A DNA stretch of 64,000 nucleotides from Hydrolagus colliei (Eukaryota): positions 130,386,001 through 130,450,000 of the forward strand of contig CM068743.1 in NCBI GenBank assembly GCA_035084275.1. The letters run 5' to 3'. The notes beneath the pieces were generated by a model. That model had not been told where the DNA came from. It did no database searches and saw only the letters and a program-made list of their open reading frames with translations. Below, piece by piece: positions 50,321 to 61,673 of the stretch. Both the position numbers and the translations under genes were made by a program. Numbering within the stretch: position 1 is the first letter of the stretch; each line of letters starts with the position of its first letter.

Positions 50321-52254
50321 ATATATTATCTATATATATAAAACATCCCCAAATAGTGTTTTGATCTATTTGTTATCATCCTTCAACAATGACAACACTT
50401 CCTTGCATCTTTTCACTGTGATTTGCTTCTTAAGTGAGTCCAGTGTCGTGGGAGATACGCTGCTTCCCAATTAATGGTTTCTGCTGTCCACCTTTTGTAT
50501 GACAAAATTATTTCTAGTGTCTGTTCTAAAGATTTTCTTAGCAGCCTTGAAACTGTAAACATTTTACATGAAAGGCACTATATCACTGTGTTCAGCTCCT
50601 TTGACAGAGCTGAAAATATTATTCTTTATTTATTCTCTCTGATCCAATAAGTTTATCTGTAAGATCTCCTCTGAAATGTCTTTTTGTTTAGGATGAAAAG
50701 CCCCTTTAGGAATTGAAGCTTTATTTTATGTACTACTCAACATGCCGACTGACTAGAGCATTGACTTTTAGTGATCGGAACTAAACTGATTTAGAAATGT
50801 AATGCATCCTGTTTCCTCTTTATTCCTCGAATTCTCCACTCCACCATCAGCGGCTGTGCCCTCAGCCACTAGACCCCAAGCCTATGGAACACTTCCCTCA
50901 ATCCCTTCGCCTGCCCCATCTTTCCCGATTTTTGGGTTGCGGCTGAAGACCTTCCTCTTCAACCGTGCCTATGGTCACCTCACCCCTCCCGCTGGCTCGG
51001 CATCGGGTTCTGCCATTGTTAAGCGCTCTATTTTTAGATCTTGGCTGTCTTCTCTCATTATCCTATTTGCCGGTTCCCTATTCAGTGTCATCTGCACATA
51101 TAATGCCCCGCACCAAGTCTGTGAATCCAGATCATTTATATAAGATCTCATGCAGGACCTAACCCAGCTTGTTCACTCTACACCTCGATCTAGTTTTGGC
51201 TGATACCCAATATCATTTGAAAGCATTCAGTAAGACACCAGTTGGCATGTCTGCGTGCTATTTTTCTGTACCAAAACAGCAATTTGTTAGCAAGTTAAAA
51301 GGAATGCCAAACACAAGAACTAGCTCTCTGACAGGACTAATTGCAATGATCTTAATCTGAAAGTTGCTAACTCCATCTGCTGTTCAAAAGATCCAGGTTT
51401 CAATTTGGTCTCAGGCCAAGCAGATGATAACTCACACTGCAGAGCTTCACTTGCTGTCCAAGGAGCTAAATACAGTGAAGCCTCATTACAACACAGTGGT
51501 TGAGATCCACAAAATCAGCTTAGATCAAAGTGAGGCACAATAGCTAGATGCACACCAGCCGCTTCCTGCAGTAAAAGAAAATGGATGATTTCTGGGGCAT
51601 CGAGTCACCACAGATGATACAGAAATCACTTGTTTGCTCTGCACATGCAAAGCTGTAGCTTGATATCACATAAATCTCCTTTTATTTTAAGCGCGGGAAA
51701 TTAAAATAGTCAGTGATGATCGCATCTTGCTTTGCATACATACAGCAAACAGGGAATAGTGACTTGATGTCACAGAAGTTTGCAACTTTCCCATGAAAGT
51801 TTGCTGGCACTCGGGAAGTGGAGTGGGCTGGCTTTACGAATGGAACCTCATTATAACTGAATTTGCACTATAAAGAAGCACCATATGATCAAATCTGTTT
51901 CTAGCATTAGATACTGCCTAATTCATGAGAAGATTGGAATTGTTGATTGCACTACTGTGGATAATTAGACGTTGTCGACACCAGATTTGCTGAATATTCT
52001 TCTGAAGTCCAAGGTCAGCTCCAAAAGCTCCCTTGAAGTGTAGCAACCCAACCAGCTCAATCAAGTTAAGCCACAAGGAACTTAAACATCTTGCAAAAAT
52101 CTGATCCTGAAATAGTCAATGGTGTACTTGACTAGGTTCTCAAAGATCTGTTAGAACTTGCTACACCCTGATTCACTATTTAAACTTCCTCTTACCAACA
52201 GACACTGTCCCTTCTGAGTGGAAAATAGGAAATATTTATATAAAGGAAACAATG

Positions 52255-52615
52255 GTGGAATCCTACAGTGCATTGGTTGGAGCACTCGCCTCACAAGCAA
52301 GAGACCTGGGTTCGATTCCCAGACAGAGCAAAACATTAGAAAATTTTGCTTGTTCCACATGCCTCTGTTTACCCAGCAGTGAGTAGGAACAATGTTCTTA
52401 GTCAATTGGCAGTCCACATTTCTGGGGGTAATATTCTCTAAAAGAAACTTGGTCACTCAATCCACGACTGTTTGTGGGACGCTGCTGTGCGCAATTAGCT
52501 GCCATGTTTCGCCCACAAAATATACTGTCAATTCACTTTACATTGTACTATGTGAAGCACTTAAAGATGTTTTGAAGTTGTGATAAAGTGCTACATAAAA
52601 TGCAAAGATTATTAT
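52255..52615 (+). mobile_element. Longer SINE subfamily with an extra central segment (52365-52428)
   Basis: Head, extra ctgtttacccagcagtgagtaggaac..., core and tail. Confidence 0.85.
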
Positions 52616-55600
52616 GCACTATAAAAAATCTGTTGCATTCTGTAACTGCACAGCAATATCGTGTTTCAATCCAAATCAAAATGAAGGCAATTGAACAGAA
52701 TAACAACAACAACAAAATTACACTTGTATAGCACCTTTCACATCGGGAGCATATCCAAGGTGCTGAAAAAATAGAGCCTGATCCAAGTATTTCAATCTCA
52801 ACAATCTGCCAGCCAATTTAGCTTCAGAGTAAACATATCTGCAACTTTCATGCCAGATATTGGAACGATTCTTATCTGCCCAGCACAGAGTAAATCACAA
52901 GGCCGTGGCGATTTTGCTGCCTTTAACAGTGTTTTGCATTCTGACCTCTAGCGGTGTAAATCATGAACTGCTGAAGTTCGATGCATGACTGCACCAGAGA
53001 TCCTGCAGGAAATCTGCTGGCCCCAAATCTTCATGTGAATATGAACAAATTATCTTTGCTGATTGCTCTACGGACTGTTTTACCCCCACCTGAAAGACGA
53101 GCAGTAGCTAAATCAATGTAAACAATTTGGAGACTTGATGAACATCACTTTGTCTCCTTCGCGCTTTTTTCAAAGTTTCTGAAACTTGAAACTTTATTCT
53201 TGTTGATAAACTAAACATGGTTTTAAATAATTCCTTTGATTTACCTCTCCTGAACACACAGACACTGAGATACGGTTCATCAATTAACAGCATCCCTTAA
53301 TTTTGTTAATAAGTGAGTCCTGGTGATAAAGCCCCCAAGTCTGATTGTGTCCTCTTTGAAGTGAATACGTATACCTGCTCCAGCAGGGGTCGCTGGATAC
53401 GAAACGCAACCCAGGATGATTTTGTTCCATTCCCCAGCCTAGAGTTCACACAATCATTAAAGCAATCCGACTGCTCAGATCGACAATCAAATCTTCTAGA
53501 CTTTGTAGCTTAATTTTACCCACTATAATACCTTTTTATCCATATCCACAAATGGATATCCTGAGAACAGCTCCCAGTAAGCTGAATGGCCCTCTTTCCC
53601 TCTTTCCTGCTGTAAATGTTATGAATCTATTTTATATAAACAAAATAGTCTTGGGACAAGATTACAAAACATATTTCCTATGATAGCTATAGGCATCATT
53701 GGGTTTCACAAGCCTATCACCAACAAAATTACATTTGTAAAGCACCTTTTAAGCGTGCGTTTTAAGCATGCTTATGGTGACCTTCCCTCCAGGCTGGCTC
53801 AGCATCAAGCTCCACCATTATTAAGCACTCTATTTTAAGATCCTGGCTGCCTCCTCTCCGCCTCAGTTGGTTTCCCACTCTTCAGCAGATTAAGTTCAAA
53901 ATCCTCGGTCTCACCATTAAATCCTTCCATGGACTCACCCACATCCTTCCTGGGGGCCTGTTGCATTGTCTGAGGAGCCATCCTTTGGATGAAACATTAA
54001 TTCAAGGTCCTGTCTTCCTGAAAAACTAACAAAATTACACTTGTATAGCGCCTTTCACATCAAGAGGACGTCCCAAGGCGCTGAACAGGTAGATGTTAAA
54101 AATTGTGTGATATTAGAAGGGAGTTTCTCCCAGTGTCCTGGTCAACGATCCCCCAAATAACATTGTTCCCTCACTCCTTGGTTGTTTATGGAACATTGTT
54201 TTGCAAAACTGGCTGTGCATTTCACAAACAAAATACCCAGTCATTCTACTTGAAAGTACATCCTATAAAGCACCTAGAGACATCTCATCAACGTGATAAG
54301 GCACGTTACCAAATGCAAGGATTATTATTATTATCTCTGCAACCTCCTTCAACCTGCTGACCGGCTACCCCATTCACTTAGCAAACACTGCACTCCACCA
54401 TGTCTCGCCAAAACAAAAGCAACTTGCATTTATATAGCCCCCTGAATGCCGGATGGTGGGGCGGAGTGCTTATTCTCTCCACTATCGACAGGTGGGCTTT
54501 CAGCCACCGCACCCCCATTTTCTCAATCCCCATCCCTGAGTCCCTCTGGCTCATTCCGTTCCTCCATCCTTTGAAGGCACATCTCAAAATCTAGCTTTGT
54601 TTGTGCTTTCAGTCATCCATCTCCCCACCCCATCGGCTCCACTTGCAGCTCAGATGCCTGTCCAGCCCTGTAAATGTACATTGAGATGCCCTCCTGATGT
54701 GAAAGGATAAAATAAATGTATGTATGAATTTAATACAAGTACAATAGTCACATAACCCAGCCACAATCATTTTGTTATTGAACACCTTACGCAATTGGAA
54801 AATATAATGTCTTCATTAAATCTATCCAGGTGATGGAAGTGGGTTCAGGCAAAAAATATAATACAACTCATTTAAAGTTCTATTAATGATTAAAAATATG
54901 TTGATTCTTTAGTAAAAATAAGAAGGTCTCATTCAGGGTATTTTAACCTCCCTGTATAAGATTCCACAAACAAATATTAAACATTTCGCCCATTAAATAT
55001 AGTCAATTCACTTTACAGTATATTCTGTGAAGAGCTTTGTGACATCTCCCCAAGTGTGCGATGGAGTCCTGCTGGAGACCAACCACCTGAAACCACATAA
55101 CCACACTGATATTGCTATCTTGCAAGTTTTCCTGCTGCTTTAAATACCACTGTATGGAATATTTCATTGTCTGAACTCAATTAAATAGCATTAAATCCCA
55201 GTGCAGGCCCCTGAAACACCCCCAATTAATCCCTTCCCGCATTTTGACCTAGCTTCCTTGGTGACTATCCTCTATTCCCTTTCCTTCAGACAATTTCAAA
55301 TCCCCATCCAAGTCTTGATGTTGCTTTTGGAATTCCTCTGAAATACACTACACTGTAACGTCCTTCTGTCAATTTGGAATTTTACCTCCTCAAAAAAGTC
55401 TGAAGTTGGTGAGACACGATCTGTCCCTTCCGAGCTTGTGCTGTCTTATTTATTAAGTTCTTTTTATTCAAGTCATCTTCATTTTCCTTCTCATTGAGAT
55501 GTTTTATAGTGATAATGCACATTTTTGGTAACTTTTCTCGTTATCAAATTCTTTGCCTCAAAGCAGTGTATATTTTTTAATGCTGTGCTACTCGATCGCA

Positions 55601-56078
55601 TAGATTGCATCATATTGTTCACCACAAATCAGTGTAATTCAGGCTAGCAGTGTGGACACGGTACATTGGATCTGTAGAGTTGGATTCATGCCACTTGCAG
55701 AGTTCGCATCTGTCATCTTCCCTCTCATCTGTGTGCTGTCATCTTCCCACGCATCATCAAAACTGAAATTTTCATTGCAGGAGGAGGCTATTCTATTCAG
55801 CCCATCTTTGTCTGCGTCACAGTTGCATCTGTTTATTTTGAAATCACCCTTCTTATCAATTTATTTGCTGCTTTTACTTTCATCTTGTGCATTTCACTTT
55901 GAGTGGAGTTCCCAAGGAACTTGACTGACTTACTGTAGTTTTCCAGGATGTTAAGAACATAAGAATTTGCTTGGCGAAAGAAGACCGAGGTTCATTTAGT
56001 ACGCCTTCCACCATCCTGGCAGTCGCGTGACATGTCGTGTCCCAAACCATGTACAGAAAAATAACAAAACAGTGTAAT

Positions 56079-56940
56079 CATAGAATTATACAGCACAGAA
56101 GGAGGCTATTTGGCCCATAGTGTCTGCGTCAGCTACGAAAACAGCAATCCAACTCAATCCCACTGGCCTGCTTTTTCTCCACAGCCCTATAGTCTCCAAA
56201 TATCAATCTACTTTGCTCTTAAAAGTTATTGAATCGGCTTCCCCATCTCTTTCAAGAAATGCATTCTAGATCCGAACAACACCCTGGGTGAAAACTTTTT
56301 CATAACCTACCATCTGTTTCTTTTAACAACTATTTTAAATCGGTGTCCTCGGGTTACTGACCCACATGCCAGTGGAAACAGTTTTTCCCGGTTCAATCAT
56401 TAATTCCCCTCATGATCTTGAAAACCTTTATTAATTGCCCTCTTAATCTTCTCTGCTCTAGAGAGAATAATCCTAGTTTCACTAACCTCTTCTCATAACT
56501 AAGGTCCTTCATTCCTGGTACCGTCCTGGTAAATCTTCTTTGTACCTTCTCCTTAATATCTTTCCTAAAGTGTGGTGCCCAGAACTGAACACAATGCTCT
56601 ATAAATATATATAAATATTCATCATAACCTCCTGATTTTTGTATTCTGTGCCCCTATTTATAAATCCTAGTATCCCTTATGCTTTTTTAATAGCTTTATC
56701 TACTTGTCCTGCCACCTTCAGAGATTTGCTTCTAAAAGCCCCCAGGTCTCTCTGTCCATTTACCCCCCTTTAAAATTGCTTCTCCTCATTCTTCCTACCA
56801 AAATGCAACATTAAACCTCGACTAGCACATTTTTGCCTATTTTACCAATCTGTCTAAGTCCTCTTAGAGTCTGGTATATTTATTACTTACTACTCACAAT
56901 TTACTACTTTTCTTGGCTTAGTATCATCTGCAAAATTGAC
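56079..56940 (-). mobile_element. CR1 LINE 3' portion
   Basis: The reverse strand near 56915-56936 encodes FADDTK. A catagaat tail lies at 56079. Confidence 0.85.
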
Positions 56941-56944
56941 TTGA

Positions 56945-57222
56945 GGTCACAGATTTACAAGAAGCAGAGGGGAGGTGAAGAGAAATTGTTTCACACAGTG
57001 AGTTGTTTAATTCTGGAATGCATTGCCTGAAAAGGTGGTGGAGGCCGATTCGATAACAACTTTTAAAAGAGAGGTGGATGGTTATTTGGGGAGGACGGGT
57101 TTGTGCGGTTATGGGCAGAGAGCCGGGGAGTGGGATTGAGTTGCTCTTTTCAAAAAGCCGGCACAGATTCAATGGGCCGAACGGCCCTCCTTTTTGTGCC
57201 TTAAAATTCTATAATTCTATGA
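56945..57222 (+). mobile_element. CR1 3' end fragment
   Basis: Same family as 23698-23903, ending attctataattctatg. Confidence 0.82.
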
Positions 57223-57469
57223 TTAGTACGTGTGCTGGAGGTGGGAGCTGAGTAGCGATGACCAAAATTGTAGTCGAAAAGGTAGGTTTGGAGATGGACT
57301 TTGAATGAGGAGGGAGAGACCAAGTGGAATTCTGGGATGGTGTTCCAGAGGCCGTACACGGCACTGTACTGCACTGAGATACAGAGCCGACAATGCTGTA
57401 CTGTACTAACCTACAGACCAAAACCAAGGAGAGTTCCACAAGTGTTTCATTTGTATTGTCATTTTTCAA

Positions 57470-57620
57470 GAAAATCACAAATGCTGGAAATCTGAAATAA
57501 AGATGTAAAAACCTGGAAATGCACAGCTGGTCAGCGAGCGGCTGGTTAACCTTTGCAGTGACGCTACATCAGAACTCAGGGTGAAGTGTTTGCTGCTCAC
57601 CTTGCTGTTCTTTTGCAGCA
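57470..57620. mobile_element. Degenerate third copy of the Penelope-like palindromic repeat
   Basis: atgctggaaatctgaaataaa...ctggaaatgcacagctggtcag...catcagaac. Confidence 0.45.
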
Positions 57621-57848
57621 GTTATTCCAGACGGAAAACAAAGCATCTGCCCACGTGTGAATTGGTCTCATATAAAGGTTTCTCCTCTTGTGACGGTGTC
57701 TGCCTGCAGGGAACATCAGGAAGCTTGTGCAAAAAGCAGCATCTCATCATGTCTGTGGATTTATTTTTAGTTGATTATATGGCTTGTGAAGTTCTGCCTG
57801 GTGGTAGATACAGTTTGTTTATAACAATGTCTTTATTCTCTCTGACAG

Positions 57849-57972
57849 TAATCACAGTGATGAGGATGACCTGCCACCTGCTTTGGCTGCCGCAACTCGT
57901 AGCAGCCCGCCCCCTGCCAGTAAACCACCATCTTTTGAAGTTCCTCAGTTGCACGCCCCAGTCTACTGCAAG
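57849..57972 (+). CDS. EPB41L4B: EPB41L4B exon F (phase 2 to 0): (F)NHSDEDDLPPALAAATRSSPPPASKPPSFEVPQLHAPVYCK, with an alternative acceptor at 57858
   Basis: Two CAG acceptors 9 nt apart. DEDDLPP.LA matches human. The AAG|gtacag donor is less certain. Confidence 0.85.
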
Positions 57973-58583
57973 GTACAGAGAGTACTTATTTCACAAAAGT
58001 TTTTATTTTCAACAATACCTTTCTTGCAAAAGCAGTAACAGTGTGTCATACACACAATGGAGCATCATTATAAGGCAGTAATAATAATACTTGCATTTGA
58101 TGTAGCGCTTTTCACGTTTTCTAGACGTCCCAAAGCGCTTCACAGAATATACCGTAAAGTGAATTGACTGTATATTTGTGGGCGAAAGGCAGCAGCCAAT
58201 TGCACACAGCAGTGTCCCACACACAGTCGTGGATTGAAATGACCAATTTATTAAAGCCAGTATGCATAAAATCAAAACCAGCACTATAATGGGGCAGAAT
58301 CGCTGTTCAGCGATTTCATATACACAGTGCATCTGCGCAAGAAGATGGCCAACTCCATCAGCACATCAAAGCCTTGGCTGGCTCACAGGAAGCCAAAGTG
58401 ACTGACTCCATATTCATCATTTTGGAGGCGAATAAAGGTCAAGTCTATACCCCACTTGTGCTGTGGAAGGAAACTGAAATGAATGCCCAATAAAAAAAAT
58501 TATGTTGTTAACTGTCATTTTGTTAACTTTGTTGTTCTCTACTGCATAGAAATACTTACAATATAGAGTTTTATATTTTACAG

Positions 58584-58661
58584 AATAGTTTTGATCAAGA
58601 TCATCCAGACATGGCTGCACCGGGAGATTTGCTGATGGACTTCACAGAGGCCACTCCTCTG
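58584..58661 (+). CDS. EPB41L4B: EPB41L4B exon G (phase 0 to 0): NSFDQDHPDMAAPGDLLMDFTEATPL
   Basis: ttttacag acceptor and CTG|gtctgt donor. PGDLLMDFTEATPL is identical to the recalled human sequence. Confidence 0.92.
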
Positions 58662-59527
58662 GTCTGTGTTCACTACTTACATGGTCTTTCATATTTCCTG
58701 GTTCATTTAGCACAATTATAATACAAATGCATCTGTGGTTAATCATAGCTCATTCTTGGAGTAAGTAGGAATGTTTTTGTTAGTCGATTGGCGGATCGCT
58801 TTCTGGGTGTAATAAGAGCTTTAAAATTTTTTTTAAAAATAATAATTCGGTCACTCAGTCTATGACCGTGTGTGGGACACTGTTGTGTGCAATTGGCTGC
58901 TGTGATTCACCAACAAAATATACAGTCACTTCACCTTACAGTTTAGCCTACCTCTTCCCAGATAATCTGGCTTCTTCAGCGGTTCAGTTCCCAGTGCCCA
59001 TTTACACACAGTGAGAGAAGAGGTGGAGGAGGATTGTATTGTGGTCTCTTTATCACGACTTCACTTCTTATCACTTCTTTTCACCGGTTAAAACAGAAAA
59101 ATTAATTGTCTTGTTCCCATTGCTCTGGAGATCTGTGTAAAAGCCTTTGTGTTCCTGAGCTCTTTAATTATGGTAATGAGAGTTCAAACACGACACTGAT
59201 CGACAACTGTAGAAGGTATAATCACCTGCTGCAGTCACGCTGCTGCTAAATAAAATTGCTGTGTAACTCATTACAGGACATCATTATTCATGTTGCACTT
59301 GATTCAAGGGTATTCATTGCAAAGCATATCAGAAGAAAATGATCTCTAAAACTTGCCAATCTTTAAACTACAAAACCACGTGGGCCAAGTCACTTGTTGA
59401 TCAGTAGTTGGCATTTTGAAATGATTGCTGCTGTTCAAGCACATGGTGAGCATTGCTTGTTGGGACTTTACCAGCAGAAAGAGTCTTTCTTCTGTATCTT
59501 TTACTGTACATTCTCTTTGTTTAACAG

Positions 59528-59575
59528 ATAAAGACTGTACCAGCCAATGCTTTTTCTTCTGCATCACAATTTCCC
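59528..59575 (+). CDS. EPB41L4B: EPB41L4B exon H (48 nt, phase 0 to 0): IKTVPANAFSSASQFP
   Basis: Long pyrimidine tract with taacag acceptor and gtaagt donor. Resembles a shortened human IKTFPVDTMNPFPDTFTTGPQFT. Confidence 0.8.
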
Positions 59576-60411
59576 GTAAGTACGTTGCTCATAAACTTAA
59601 TATAAAACAATACAGTCAGCAACTATAATAGCTGAGATTGTAAACTATACTCTGCTAGGACAAAACTCTAACCTTTTATCATAGAATATATCCAGGACAA
59701 TGTGCTGTTTATATCATAAAAGAGGTGAAAAAAGCATTGTTCCCTCGCAATGCGATTCATAGTCTCTTCACAATACTCTCATTTGATCCCATGACTCATC
59801 ACATTGAAATATCTTAAAGTACAATGTGTTTCTTTTAAGTGCAGTAACTTGATAAACTGGTAAAACACTGTTCACAAATAGTGTTGGTATGAGATGAATG
59901 ACCAGGTTCATTTTGTTACTCGCTAGCTCTCTTCCCCCACCCGCCCCCCCCACCCCCACCCCCGCCCCTGCCCCGGGATAAGGGAAGAATTGCTGGGCTT
60001 TTAGTTTGTATCTTCAGAAGTATATAAACCAACACAAATTCGCTCTCAAATTGCTGGCTAGACACCAGAGCTGAGGTTGGGAGCTGAGGGAATGGGGAGG
60101 GGAAAGATAAAGAGGTCTTGACATGGACCTTAAAAGAGGTGAGAGAAGGACTGAGTCAGAGGGACTCTGAGATGGAGAACCAGAGAGTTGGGCACCAGAT
60201 GGAATGACCCATTTGATTTTATCTCTCCATATTTCCGACCTATCATCTACCAATTACACCAACATCTATCAAATGTGTTCAGTGCCTTGGGCTCTATTGC
60301 CTTTCTTGCCAGTTCCAGCTCACGATTTCTTTTGTAAAACGATATTTCTTGGTATATGCCCTAAAATGTTTCTGAACAACTCTAAACCTATCACCTCATG
60401 ATAGATTGCCA

Positions 60412-60836
60412 TGTCCTGGAGCATGTTGGTTGGAGCACTTGCTTTGCAAGTGAGATTCCTGGGCAGGGCAAAACATTTGGCATGTTTTATTACTCCTCAA
60501 CCTCATTTTACCTAACAGTAAATAGGAACCCAGTTGTTAGATGATTGATGGATCACTTTTCTGGTGATAATAATAGCTTAAAAATAAATACAACAAAATT
60601 ACATTTGTAGAACACCTATCACGTAATATAATAATTTGGTCACTCAGTCCACAACTGTTTGTGGGGGATAGCACTGTGGGCACTGATGCATTTTGGCCCC
60701 GCACCACCCCACCCACCCCCCCCCAATTTTTTTTAGTTAATTCATATATTACAGTTTACAGAAAATTCCTTGAAGCGCTTTGAGCCAACTTGAAGACATG
60801 ATAAGGCGCTATGTCAAATGGAAGGATTATTATTAT
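60412..60836 (+). mobile_element. Degenerate longer-subfamily SINE with a short L2-tail insert at about 60588-60625
   Basis: Head remnant, extra segment and tail aaggcgctatgtcaaatggaaggattattatta. Confidence 0.65.
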
Positions 60837-60880
60837 GGGTATTGCTCTGGGTTGCTTCCTCAGTACCATTCATTTAACGT

Positions 60881-61040
60881 TCATAGAATCATAGAATTTT
60901 ACGCCACAAAAGGAGGTCATTCGGCCCATCTAGCCTGTGCCGGCTCTTTGAAAAGAGCAACACAATCCCACTGCCCAGCTCTCTCCCCATAACCTAACAG
61001 ACCTGTTCTCCCTAAATAAAGATCTAATTCTCTTTTAAAA
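60881..61040 (-). mobile_element. CR1 3' end fragment
   Basis: catagaatcatagaat tail. Reverse complement of the 23740-23903 sequence. Confidence 0.82.
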
Positions 61041-61673
61041 GAGAATTTTTTATACGTTTACCTGTTTGGGGGTCTATTTTCTAGGTTGGAAGGTGGTGGA
61101 GGCCAGCATGTTGAACTCGTTCAATAACAGCTTGTGGCTGTGAAATTAGGACAGTAAGCAGGAGTGGGTGTGCAAGGAGAAGATCAAATGAGCTGAAAGG
61201 TTCTCTTGATCTAAACCTCTTATATTGCAGAATGAAGATGTGCAGTGCCGTTTTGTGATCTGTAACTTGGTAAACTCCATAGAGATTGTATCTCCTCTGA
61301 TGGACGGCACCTCTGACAATGCAGCACTCCACTCCCCCAGGCCCGTGCTCAAGGGTCAGTACCTGGACTATATGCGATCGTAGCCCCTAAGTGGAGGGAG
61401 AAAGTAGTCAAACAAAAAGAAAACTTGAAAGATTTGAGAAAATTTGGTGGCAAACTGAAGCAAAAAAAGCTGTTAAAGCAATTTATTCTTAAAATTCCAA
61501 ATTGCTACCAAATCTATGAACAGTCATCCTGTCATAAAATATGATATTAAACTGGTAGATCAAATAGAATGATCAGAGGTTGTAAGATCCAATGGGACAC
61601 TTTATTTAGTATTTTGCTGGTACACGTCAGACCAGTCTTGTAGTTACTTACAATTCTATTCCATTATTTCCAG

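Noticed and set aside
58963-59090. Possible counterpart of the human segment AEPASNP...MKEETTGVC...TRL (frame reading HTVREEVEEDCIVVSLSRL)
   Set aside because: No phase-compatible acceptor or donor, an upstream in-frame stop, and weak similarity.
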